Source: Enterococcus canis NBRC 100695 (GTDB taxonomy: Bacteria > Bacillota > Bacilli > Lactobacillales > Enterococcaceae). From it: a stretch of DNA of 24,000 nt. Made by a program: the position numbers and the translations under genes. Numbering within the stretch: position 1 is the stretch's first letter; every line of letters begins with the position of its first letter. The notes below the pieces were generated by a model that saw nothing but the letters and a program-made list of their open reading frames with translations, made no database searches and had not been told where the DNA came from. Shown one piece after another: positions 16,371 through 24,000 of this stretch. The stretch spans positions 208,275-232,274 of the forward strand of contig NZ_BCQJ01000001.1 of the NCBI RefSeq assembly GCF_001544375.1, in the 5' to 3' direction.

Positions 16371-16808
16371 TTAGTCATAATAATCTAGCGGTTGTGTATC
16401 GCCTAGCTGTTCATTGTTGCGTTTCCGCATCGTCAGCTGATTCAGCGCATTCTCTTTGTCCGCTAATTGGGCTTCGTAGGTTGCCCGTATCTCGGCAATT
16501 CGGTTTTCGTACTCTCTTTGCACCTTTTGTACTTCTTCGTGGATTTTTGCTTCATTTGCTGTTTTAAATGAGGCAATTTCCTTTTCTTGCTCTTTGATGG
16601 TCTTTTTTTGTCTAAATAGACTAGTGGAGGCCGTCAAGATAGCGATCAAAGCGCCAATCAGCGCTGAACCAATAATAATCAGAATCAGCGGACCCTGTAT
16701 CTCCGTGAACCCAAAGCTGACAGGAACTTGCTGATTATTAAAAATAGCAAATAGCACAACCACAATAACCAAAATAAACCCAACAATCACACGCCATTGA
16801 TTTTTCAC
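16371..16808 (-). CDS. DUF1049 / LapA-domain membrane protein (B. subtilis YrvD-like) with C-terminal coiled coil
   Basis: Two TM helices (VIVGFILVIVVVLFAIF, LILIIIGSALIGALIAIL) are followed by a charged helical tail. It is positioned upstream of recJ-apt, as in Bacillus. It starts at GTG with an AAGGAGAGG SD. Confidence 0.75.
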   Translation of the reverse strand: MKNQWRVIVGFILVIVVVLFAIFNNQQVPVSFGFTEIQGPLILIIIGSALIGALIAILTASTSLFRQKKTIKEQEKEIASFKTANEAKIHEEVQKVQREYENRIAEIRATYEAQLADKENALNQLTMRKRNNEQLGDTQPLDYYD

Positions 16809-16822
16809 ACAATTTCCTCTCC

Positions 16823-17623
16823 TTATTTTTTATTAAATAATGAACCGGCTAAAAAATCACCAATATGAGGAAACAGTGTATAGAAGCGAGCTGCTACCTC
16901 CAACAATTCTGGTTTGTTGATTTCCCGTGTCGTAGTCCCCATTTTTTTCACGATTTGACGTGCCAGTTTTTCTGGATCTAATACAACCCAGTCAACGGAA
17001 GACAAATAATCGCCACTTGGATCCGCTTGATCAAAGAATTCTGTCCGGATTGGGCCGGGATTGACAGTTGTCACGCCGATATTCAGTGGTTTTAATTCGA
17101 GACGCAAGGCGTTGGAAAAGCCTAACACAGCAAATTTAGTAGCTGAATAGAGGGTGGATTTTGCGGTTGCCATTTTGCCCGCCATTGAGGCTACATTAAT
17201 AATATGGCCCGCACCCTTTTCAGCCATTTCAATCGCCATTTTTTGCGTCAGAACCATCATTCCTAAGACATTGACTTCAAACATCCGATAAGCCGCTGCC
17301 ATGTCTACAGATAAAAAGTCTTCAAATGAGCCAAACCCTGCACAGTTGACTAAAACATCTGGCACGCCGACTTCTGTTAAGATTTTTTGAGATACTTCTT
17401 CAATATCATCAGGTTCCGCCACATTCAGCTGAAAGGCATACGCTTCTTTCCCACTGATTTCCATACAACGTTGCTTTACTTTCCCAATCAATTGGATGCG
17501 ACGGGCACAAACCACGACAATTGCGCCTTTTGCGGCAGCTTCATAGGCAATCTGTTCACCTAAACCAGAAGAACCGCCCGTGATTACTACGATTTTATCG
17601 GTCAACTCTTGAAAAATCTTCAT
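16823..17623 (-). CDS. Short-chain dehydrogenase/reductase (SDR) family oxidoreductase
   Basis: Contains the cofactor-binding motif [12 protein letters not shown], and the catalytic YSATK. Its start forms an ATGA overlap with the rnz stop codon. Confidence 0.9.
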   Translation of the reverse strand: MKIFQELTDKIVVITGGSSGLGEQIAYEAAAKGAIVVVCARRIQLIGKVKQRCMEISGKEAYAFQLNVAEPDDIEEVSQKILTEVGVPDVLVNCAGFGSFEDFLSVDMAAAYRMFEVNVLGMMVLTQKMAIEMAEKGAGHIINVASMAGKMATAKSTLYSATKFAVLGFSNALRLELKPLNIGVTTVNPGPIRTEFFDQADPSGDYLSSVDWVVLDPEKLARQIVKKMGTTTREINKPELLEVAARFYTLFPHIGDFLAGSLFNKK

Positions 17624-18564
17624 TTTTCTTCCTCCTCATGAAATGGAATTTCGATAACATCAAAATCTTTAGCTAATGTTGTTGCCTCAAAGTGAGCGCG
17701 GGCTTCCTTTTCAAGCTCCTGGGCTTCTTTGGCAAGGTAACGAGAACTAATGTGGGTCAAAACCAACTGCTTGGCATTGGCATCGGCCGCGACTTCAGCC
17801 GCCTGCTTACTTGTTGAGTGGAACCGTGCATGGGCCATCTGGGCTTCATCTTTACGATAGGTACTTTCGTGGACGATTACATCTGCATTGAGCCCTAATT
17901 TAATACTATTCGGTGTTTTCCGAGTATCACCTAAAATCGTCACAATGCGGCCGCGGCGTTTTGCACCAACGAAATCTTTACCGTTAATAACGGTACCGTC
18001 GGGCAAAGTAACTTGTTCCCCACGCTTAATTTTTCCATAAATGGGACCTGGCTTGACCCCTAAGGATTTCAATTTTTCCGCTTGTAATTCCCCTTCATGG
18101 TCCGCTTCAATGATTCGGTAGCCAAAGCTGGCGATACCATGCGCCAGAGGAAGTGTTTCCACTGTAAACTGTTCGTCTTTAAAAATTACACCACCGTTTT
18201 CCGGTACTTCTACATATTGAATCGGATAGCCGAGACGTGTTCCTGAAATACGCATGGCTGTTTTTACAAACGTCTCGACACCTTTTGGCCCATAAATCGC
18301 CACCGGTGTTGTGCCATCTTGGAAAGAACGACTGCTTAGTAATCCGGGCAATCCAAAAATATGATCGCCGTGTAAATGTGTAATAAAGATTTTTTCTATT
18401 TTACGTGGGCGAATCGAAGTATGCAAAATCTGTTGTTGCGTACCTTCTCCACAATCAAAAAGCCATACGGCATTTCGTTCATCTAATAGCTTTAACGCCA
18501 CACTGCTAACATTGCGGTGTTTGGCGGGGACGCCTGCGCCAGTCCCTAAAAATTGTAATTCCAT
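17620..18564 (-). CDS. rnz: Ribonuclease Z (tRNA 3' endonuclease)
   Basis: A 314-aa metallo-beta-lactamase-fold protein with the [14 protein letters not shown] (HxHxDH) motif and [13 protein letters not shown] at the N-terminus. Confidence 0.95.
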   Translation of the reverse strand: MELQFLGTGAGVPAKHRNVSSVALKLLDERNAVWLFDCGEGTQQQILHTSIRPRKIEKIFITHLHGDHIFGLPGLLSSRSFQDGTTPVAIYGPKGVETFVKTAMRISGTRLGYPIQYVEVPENGGVIFKDEQFTVETLPLAHGIASFGYRIIEADHEGELQAEKLKSLGVKPGPIYGKIKRGEQVTLPDGTVINGKDFVGAKRRGRIVTILGDTRKTPNSIKLGLNADVIVHESTYRKDEAQMAHARFHSTSKQAAEVAADANAKQLVLTHISSRYLAKEAQELEKEARAHFEATTLAKDFDVIEIPFHEEEEK

Positions 18565-18596
18565 ATCCTACCTGACTTTCTGTTTTCTTCTTCCTA

Positions 18597-18625
18597 ATTT
18601 TAGGTGAAAAAACCGTTGAAAGCAA
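18597..18625 (-). promoter_or_regulatory. Putative sigma-A promoter of rnz (TTGCTT-17-TAAAAT)
   Basis: On the - strand, TTGCTT (18625-18620) and TAAAAT (18602-18597) are separated by exactly 17 nt. Confidence 0.45.
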
Positions 18626-18644
18626 ACGAAAGAGCAAGTTTTCT

Positions 18645-18680
18645 CAAAAAGAAGAACGCTTGAAGAAATTTCAAGCGTTC
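18645..18680 (-). terminator. Rho-independent terminator of the glycine-zipper protein gene
   Basis: GAACGCTTGAA (18654-18664) pairs perfectly with TTCAAGCGTTC (18670-18680). On the - strand the stem is followed by TTCTTTTT. Confidence 0.8.
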
Positions 18681-18685
18681 GTTTT

Positions 18686-19276
18686 CTATTTTTCCTCTGT
18701 ATTTGCATCATCTGGTTTAACTTCAGGCTGTGGATGTTTGTCTTGCCAGTCCTTGGTCACAGTCTTTTTAGCGTTTGCTTCCACGTCTTGTGCGGCTTTA
18801 ACATCCGTTTCAACTTCTTCATAGTCTAAGCGAGTAATTTCTCCGCCTAATTCTTGCATGACTAATTGGTTTAATGGTCGATTGTCATCTTCTTCCGCAA
18901 TCAGAATCAGACCAGTGTCTCCTTCACCAATTTTATTGGTTACAAATTCAAAGACCGTTTGGGCATCGCGGATTTCTTTGGCATCACGACTGGCCCCAAT
19001 CATCCCACCGGCAAACCAGCCAAGCAGCATTCCCAATGGTCCAGCTAATACGCCAATCAGCATACCAATCAAACCACCGGTTGAAGATTTGTTGCTACCA
19101 GTGAAATCTAGAAAGTCCTCAATCTTAAATTTGTGACTGCCATTATCTTCGTGAGTCACGACAGCCATCTGTTCACCCTTGATTTGTCCAGCAACCTGTA
19201 GCCGTTTAATTTCAGAAAAGGCTTGATAGGCTTGACTGGATACTTCGAAATCCAAAATAATCACTCGTTTTGGCAT
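18686..19276 (-). CDS. DUF1269-like membrane protein with central glycine-zipper segment
   Basis: The start ATG at 19276 (MPKRVIILDF) has a GAGGAGGAG SD. The central segment GGLIGMLIGVLAGPLGMLLGWFAGGMIGA lies between two soluble domains, followed by an acidic tail. The family assignment rests on architecture only. Confidence 0.65.
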   Translation of the reverse strand: MPKRVIILDFEVSSQAYQAFSEIKRLQVAGQIKGEQMAVVTHEDNGSHKFKIEDFLDFTGSNKSSTGGLIGMLIGVLAGPLGMLLGWFAGGMIGASRDAKEIRDAQTVFEFVTNKIGEGDTGLILIAEEDDNRPLNQLVMQELGGEITRLDYEEVETDVKAAQDVEANAKKTVTKDWQDKHPQPEVKPDDANTEEK

Positions 19277-19337
19277 GGAATCTCCTCCTCTTTTCCTCAT
19301 TGTAACAAGTCTCACGGTAAATAGGAAAAGATAACAT

Positions 19338-19374
19338 CTAAAAACCCGCCATTCTTATTAAAGAACAGCGGGTT
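19338..19374 (-). terminator. Rho-independent terminator of obg
   Basis: On the - strand, AACCCGC..TTCTT pairs with AAGAA..GCGGGTT, followed by TTTAG. Confidence 0.65.
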
Positions 19375-19387
19375 CATGTTTATCTTG

Positions 19388-20704
19388 TTAGTCAACAAAT
19401 TCAAAGACAAAACTGTCGATTCGAACGAGGTCGCCATCCTTGGCACCACGTTGTCGTAAACTTTCGTCAACGCCAAGACCGCGTAATTGACGGGCAAAGC
19501 GCATCACGCTTTCATCATGGTCAAAGTTAGTCATCTGGAAGAGACGTTCGATATGTTCACCTGAGATTACCCAAGTAGCATCTGCGTCCCGAGAAATTTC
19601 AAATTCGGGTTCCGCACTTTGGAAGCCGTAGTGAACAGTATCTTCCACCACTTCATCTTCATAAAGTGGAAATTCTGGTGTCACTTCCAATAGGTCAGCT
19701 GTGGTATTCAGCAAGGGTTCGATCCCTTTGCGGGTCACCCCAGAAATTGGGAAGATTGGAATACCTTCCTTAAATTCATCATCGCCGTGTTCTTTGGCTA
19801 AAGCTGCTTTGAAGTTCTTCAGATTTTCTTCCGCCTCAGGTATATCCATCTTGTTGGCAACAATGATTTGTGGACGTTCTAACAGACGTAAGTTATGGGA
19901 AGCCAACTCTTTATTGATTGCCAAATAATCCTCATAGGGATCGCGACCTTCCATGCCACTCATATCAATTACGTGCAGAATGACACGAGTTCGTTCGATA
20001 TGGCGCAAGAATTGTGTTCCTAAGCCAATGCCTTGAGAAGCCCCTTCAATCAGTCCTGGCAAATCTGCCGCAACAAAACTGCGGCCATCACTGGTGGTTA
20101 CCATACCCAAGTTGGGAACTAGTGTAGTAAAATGATAAGCACCGATTTTGGGACGGGCTTTAGAAATAACGGAAAGGATGGTGGATTTCCCTACAGATGG
20201 AAAACCAACTAAGCCGACATCCGCCAAAACTTTTAACTCTAATTCAATTTTACGTTCTTGCCCAGGCTCGCCATTTTCAGCGATTTCTGGTGCTGGATTT
20301 CGTGGCGAAGCAAAACGGATATTTCCGCGACCACCGCGACCACCATTAGCAACCACCAACGTTTGACCATTCTCAATCAAATCGCCTAGTAGAGCGCCTG
20401 TTTCGGCGTCTCGAACTGTTGTCCCTTGTGGTACTTTGACGATTGTATCTTCTGAACCACGGCCGTGCATCCCTTTACTCATGCCATTTTCGCCTGGCTG
20501 CGCTTTGAAATGTCGATTATAACGAAAATCCATCAAAGTGCGTAACCCTTCATCAACCATTAAAACGACGCTACCGCCTTTACCGCCGTCACCGCCGGCA
20601 GGCCCTCCGTCTGGAACATATTTTTCTCTACGAAAAGCAACCATTCCGTCGCCGCCTTTGCCGGCCTTTACGTCAATCGTTACTTGATCTAAAAACATGG
20701 ACAT
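19388..20704 (-). CDS. obg: GTPase Obg/CgtA
   Basis: Has the Obg fold ([33 protein letters not shown]), the G1 motif GFPSVGKST, the G3 motif DLPGLIEGA, the G4 motif NKMD, and a C-terminal OCT domain. A GGAGG SD lies 7 nt upstream of the ATG. Confidence 0.96.
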   Translation of the reverse strand: MSMFLDQVTIDVKAGKGGDGMVAFRREKYVPDGGPAGGDGGKGGSVVLMVDEGLRTLMDFRYNRHFKAQPGENGMSKGMHGRGSEDTIVKVPQGTTVRDAETGALLGDLIENGQTLVVANGGRGGRGNIRFASPRNPAPEIAENGEPGQERKIELELKVLADVGLVGFPSVGKSTILSVISKARPKIGAYHFTTLVPNLGMVTTSDGRSFVAADLPGLIEGASQGIGLGTQFLRHIERTRVILHVIDMSGMEGRDPYEDYLAINKELASHNLRLLERPQIIVANKMDIPEAEENLKNFKAALAKEHGDDEFKEGIPIFPISGVTRKGIEPLLNTTADLLEVTPEFPLYEDEVVEDTVHYGFQSAEPEFEISRDADATWVISGEHIERLFQMTNFDHDESVMRFARQLRGLGVDESLRQRGAKDGDLVRIDSFVFEFVD

Positions 20705-21085
20705 TGTTCGTCCTCCTTACTTCTATTCCCATCAATTATACTGGAAAAGCGTGTGAAACTCTAGCTTTATCGCTTTTTATGCAAGTAATTACTATACCAT
20801 GCATGATAACAGAAAACTAGTGCTTTCCATAGGGAGTGTACCAATTTTCACAGATTTTTACTGTTTTTTGATTAGAAGTTCGTTTAACCTTTCTTGCAAC
20901 CGTAAAACCGGGGCTTTTGACAGCCTAAAACGTCCTTCCCAACTTTCGTCTTTTGTGAAGACGGCCTCCTTTTTAGAAGACGAATTCTTTGACAAAAATC
21001 TGGGAAACGGTCATCATTATAGTGTAATCTAAACCTGTTTATGAAGGGGTAACCCTTTAATAAGTTTTAAGGAGGAAGTTTTTTT

Positions 21086-22096
21086 ATGACAGTCAAAGTT
21101 GGTATTAATGGTTTTGGACGTATCGGACGTTTAGCATTCCGCCGCATTCGTGAAGTATCTGATGATATTGAAGTGGTAGCAATTAACGATCTGACTAGCC
21201 CAACAATGTTGGCACAATTACTACAATTTGATTCCACTCACGGTACTTATCCTGGTGAAGTCAAAGCGACCGACAACTCAATCGTTGTAGATGGTAAAGA
21301 AACAGTTGTTTACGCAGAACCTGATGCAAGCAAAATTCCTTGGGTTGAAAACAATGGCGTTGACATCGTACTTGAATGTACAGGTTTCTATACTTCTGAA
21401 GAAAAAGCACAAGCTCACTTGGATGCAGGCGTAAAACGTGTCGTAATTTCAGCTCCAGCTGGTCAAATGAAAACAATCGTCTTCAACGTAAACGATGATA
21501 CCTTGACTCCAGATGATAAAATCATCTCTGCTGGTTCATGTACGACAAACTGTTTAGCACCAATGGCGTACTTCTTAAATGAAGAATTCGGCATCAAAGT
21601 TGGGACAATGACTACTGTCCATGCTTACACTTCAACTCAAATGTTATTAGATGGTCCAGTACGCGGTGGTAACTTGCGCGCAGCTCGTTCAGCAGCTGAC
21701 AACATTATCCCTCACTCTACTGGTGCAGCCAAAGCAATCGGTTTAGTAATTCCAGAATTGGTTGGCAAATTGCAAGGACATGCACAACGGGTACCCGTTG
21801 TTGATGGTTCTTTAACTGAATTAGTTACTATCTTAGACAAAGAAGTAACAGCTGACCAAGTCAATGAAGCAATCAAAAAACACACGATTGACAATCCTTC
21901 ATTTGGTTATGATGACCGTGAAATCGTTTCTTCAGACGTAATTGGTTCTACTTTCGGTTCAGTATTCGATCCTACTCAAACAGAAATCACTTCTGCTGGG
22001 GACGTTCAATTAGTGAAGACTGTTTCTTGGTATGACAATGAATATGGTTTCACTTGCCAAATGATTCGTCTTTTAGAAAAATTCGCTAACTTATAA
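21086..22096 (+). CDS. gap: Glyceraldehyde-3-phosphate dehydrogenase (NAD-type, Asp in VAINDL)
   Basis: Contains [16 protein letters not shown], the active site SCTTNCLAP, and WYDNEYGF. It has a strong AAGGAGG SD. Codon usage appears biased toward highly expressed codons. Confidence 0.96.
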   Translation: MTVKVGINGFGRIGRLAFRRIREVSDDIEVVAINDLTSPTMLAQLLQFDSTHGTYPGEVKATDNSIVVDGKETVVYAEPDASKIPWVENNGVDIVLECTGFYTSEEKAQAHLDAGVKRVVISAPAGQMKTIVFNVNDDTLTPDDKIISAGSCTTNCLAPMAYFLNEEFGIKVGTMTTVHAYTSTQMLLDGPVRGGNLRAARSAADNIIPHSTGAAKAIGLVIPELVGKLQGHAQRVPVVDGSLTELVTILDKEVTADQVNEAIKKHTIDNPSFGYDDREIVSSDVIGSTFGSVFDPTQTEITSAGDVQLVKTVSWYDNEYGFTCQMIRLLEKFANL

Positions 22097-22113
22097 TTCC
22101 TAGGTCTTCTAAG

Positions 22114-22149
22114 GGAAAAGGCTGGTTCCAGTTGGAGCCAGCCTTTTTA
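22114..22149. terminator. Bidirectional terminator (gap on +, permease on -)
   Basis: GGCTGGTTCCA (22120-22130) pairs with TGGAGCCAGCC (22133-22143) with one G-U pair. The stem is flanked by an upstream A-tract and a downstream T5. It overlaps the permease stop codon. Confidence 0.85.
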
Positions 22150-23250
22150 ATATATAATCCCTATTCCCACTAAAATCAAAATAGCTAAATACAGCAAATT
22201 GTACAGAGTAAATTGTTTAAAAAAAGACTTTCTTAAATCAGGCGCCAAATTGCGCACCAGTTTATAGCCAATTAAATTCGCTAATGATGCTAACAGTGTT
22301 CCTAAACCACCAATATTCACACCCAGAGTCAGTGCTTGCGCCTGACTGGTGAATGGTGCTAGTAAAATAGCCGCGGGCACATTAGAAATTACCTGACTGC
22401 TAATAACACCCCCAAAGAAAACGGCCACCTGGCTTTTAAGCAGCTGATGAAATAACGCGCTGATCACCTGCCACTCCTGTAAGTTTCCAACAACTAAAAA
22501 GAAGCAAACAAACGTCAGTAGCAACTGATAATCGACACGCTTCAACAACTTAGGAGCCGATAGAACAATCGCGCTGATTCCAATAAGCATTGTGACATAA
22601 TAAGGCAAGATATGGAGCACTGCCAAAATAAGAATCAACATCACGCCCATATAAAAAGCTGTCTGCTTTTTGGCGGGACGCGCTAATTTCGTCGTCTCAC
22701 TCACTGGCCTTTTCTCCACCACAAAAGCATTTAATCCTAAGAGAACCAAACTGACTACCGCCACTGGCAATAACCAACTTAAAAATTTTCCAAAGGATAA
22801 TTGATAATGACTGAATAGAAAGAGGTTTTGCGGATTTCCAAATGGCAAGACACTACTTCCTAAGTTCGCTGCAATCACGATTAAAACAGCTCCTGTCACC
22901 CGTCCTTTAAATGTCGCTAAATACTGAATGACTTTTAAATATAAGGGTAAAAGCGTTAGAATTGCCACATCATTTGTCAGAATCATGGCGCTAAAAAAGC
23001 TCAATAAGGTCATAGAAAAAACGACATGACGAGTCGTAGGTGATAGTTGGATGATTTTCTGCGCTAACCACCGGAGAAAAACGGTCTCTTCTAGTCCTTG
23101 AATCGTGAGCATTAAGGCAAATAACGTTAAAATGACAGTATCATCTATATAAGCTAATTGAAACTGTCCCACCAAACAGCTGACAAGCGCCAGAAGTAAT
23201 GAAACCAACAGCAATCGATCGCTGGTAAAAAAATGACAGACTTTTTTCAT
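22147..23250 (-). CDS. Anion permease of the ArsB/NhaD (CitMHS/YbiR-like) superfamily
   Basis: A 367-aa protein with about 10 TM segments. The size and sequence (LTNDVAILTLLPL, FGNPQNLFLF) are reminiscent of YbiR-type permeases. The substrate is unknown. An AGGAGG SD lies 6 nt upstream. Confidence 0.6.
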   Translation of the reverse strand: MKKVCHFFTSDRLLLVSLLLALVSCLVGQFQLAYIDDTVILTLFALMLTIQGLEETVFLRWLAQKIIQLSPTTRHVVFSMTLLSFFSAMILTNDVAILTLLPLYLKVIQYLATFKGRVTGAVLIVIAANLGSSVLPFGNPQNLFLFSHYQLSFGKFLSWLLPVAVVSLVLLGLNAFVVEKRPVSETTKLARPAKKQTAFYMGVMLILILAVLHILPYYVTMLIGISAIVLSAPKLLKRVDYQLLLTFVCFFLVVGNLQEWQVISALFHQLLKSQVAVFFGGVISSQVISNVPAAILLAPFTSQAQALTLGVNIGGLGTLLASLANLIGYKLVRNLAPDLRKSFFKQFTLYNLLYLAILILVGIGIIY

Positions 23251-23268
23251 AGTTTTCCTCCTACTTTT

Positions 23269-23297
23269 ATGATAGAGGTTTACTAAAAGTCTGTCAA
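23269..23297 (-). promoter_or_regulatory. Putative sigma-A promoter of the permease gene (TTGACA-17-TATCAT)
   Basis: On the - strand, a perfect TTGACA (23297-23292) and TATCAT (23274-23269) are separated by 17 nt. Confidence 0.5.
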
Positions 23298-23304
23298 AAT
23301 TCGC

Positions 23305-24000
23305 TTATTCTTTTACATATTGCTGCAAGAAATCAGTAATCGTCTTGCGATACAGCTCAGGATTGGTGCTATACGCTTCTGCATGCCCCGCTCCTTTGAT
23401 GACTAGTTTTTCTTTTGGTGCAGTGGTGGCGTTATAGACCTCATCCAACATCTCAAAGGGAACAAAATCATCTTCATCGCCATGGATAAAGAGCATCGGC
23501 GTTTTATTCTTTTGCAGTTGTGCCACAGCATCTGCTTCACCGAAAAAGTAGCCTGCTCTAACTTTGGTAACAGCACTAGTCACTGGAACTAGGGGAAAAG
23601 CTGGTAATCCAAACAATTGATCCAATTGGTAACTTAACTCGGCTGTTGCCGACGCATAGCCACAGTCTTCCACGATTGCTTTGACATTGCTGGGTAGTTC
23701 TTCACCACTGGTCATCATAACCGTTGCGCCGCCCATGCTGATTCCAAATAAAACAATCTCCTGATCCGCGCCGTTTTTCTGCAAGACTTCTGATATCCAG
23801 CCCTGGTAGTCTTTACGCTCAGGCCAGCCAAAACCAATATAGTCCCCTTCACTCTTACCATGACCACGGGCATCTGGTACTAACACATTATAGCCAAGAT
23901 CATAAAACAACTTGGCAAAGGCGCCCATCGTTTCCGCTTCACTCATATATCCGTGGGCTAAAATAGCGGTTTTACGCGTATTATGTGGGAGATAAATAGC
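23305..24000 (-). CDS. Alpha/beta-fold hydrolase (serine hydrolase), 5'-partial
   Basis: The frame stays open to the window edge (AIYLPHNTRKTAILAHGYMSEAE...). The nucleophile elbow is GISMGG, the acid residue lies in HGDEDDFV, and the His in GAGHAEA. The ATG at 23946 in the ORF track is internal. Confidence 0.85.
   Translation of the reverse strand, partial: AIYLPHNTRKTAILAHGYMSEAETMGAFAKLFYDLGYNVLVPDARGHGKSEGDYIGFGWPERKDYQGWISEVLQKNGADQEIVLFGISMGGATVMMTSGEELPSNVKAIVEDCGYASATAELSYQLDQLFGLPAFPLVPVTSAVTKVRAGYFFGEADAVAQLQKNKTPMLFIHGDEDDFVPFEMLDEVYNATTAPKEKLVIKGAGHAEAYSTNPELYRKTITDFLQQYVKE

Noticed and set aside
19312-19497. 61-aa - strand ORF spanning the obg 3' end and terminator
   Set aside because: It overlaps obg out of frame, runs through the obg terminator hairpin and has no RBS.
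20965-20971. AAGGAGG Shine-Dalgarno-like sequence on the - strand
   Set aside because: No ATG, GTG or TTG lies within 5-12 nt downstream on that strand, so it is not an RBS for a small - strand gene.
20799-21032. 77-aa + strand ORF in the obg<>gap intergenic region
   Set aside because: There is no Shine-Dalgarno before the ATG. The composition is Ser/Phe/Leu-rich with no motifs, and the ORF would overlap the likely gap promoter. The region itself is still flagged as a finding.
1-24000. Searched for CRISPR repeats, tRNA/rRNA, IS elements, integrase or recombinase genes, toxin-antitoxin pairs and defence-system-like genes
   Set aside because: I saw no regularly spaced direct repeats, no tRNA T-arm/cloverleaf candidates in the intergenic regions, no transposase- or integrase-like ORFs and no large uncharacterised ATPase or nuclease genes. 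The window is core chromosome apart from the PTS cassette.

Overview
The window is a chromosomal segment from a low-GC Gram-positive bacterium. Protein sequences and a roughly 40-43% GC impression suggest Lactobacillales, Enterococcus-like, but that organism call is inference. I support 23 protein-coding genes, two of which run off the window edges. Most are core housekeeping genes in Bacillus-like synteny blocks: lexA <> DUF896-tkt, rnz-SDR, DUF1049-recJ-apt, obg and gap. I saw no rRNA, tRNA, CRISPR array, transposase/IS or prophage signature. Two regions deserve attention. (1) 6013-13292 (- strand) is a tightly coupled 7-gene operon. It encodes a LicR/MtlR-type PRD regulator, Lac/Cel-family PTS IIA, IIB and IIC, an M24B Xaa-Pro peptidase, an M42 aminopeptidase and a PatB/MalY-type PLP C-S lyase. 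It has no phospho-glycosidase, which suggests an uncharacterised route for a sugar-amino acid or sugar-peptide conjugate. (2) Directly downstream of lexA lies a terminator-insulated monocistronic unit (5684-5957). A near-consensus sigma-A promoter there carries two LexA (Cheo) boxes and drives a 66-aa membrane protein. This is a candidate undescribed SOS effector, possibly a division inhibitor, in a locus that keeps the DUF896 (ynzC-like) gene but lacks yneA/yneB. Smaller observations are a 14/15 CodY box on the dtpT promoter, regulatory repeats in the PTS regulator leader, an internal attenuator-like hairpin in the PTS operon, and an unusually long obg<>gap intergenic region. Several ORF-track starts were moved to internal starts that have Shine-Dalgarno and homology support.
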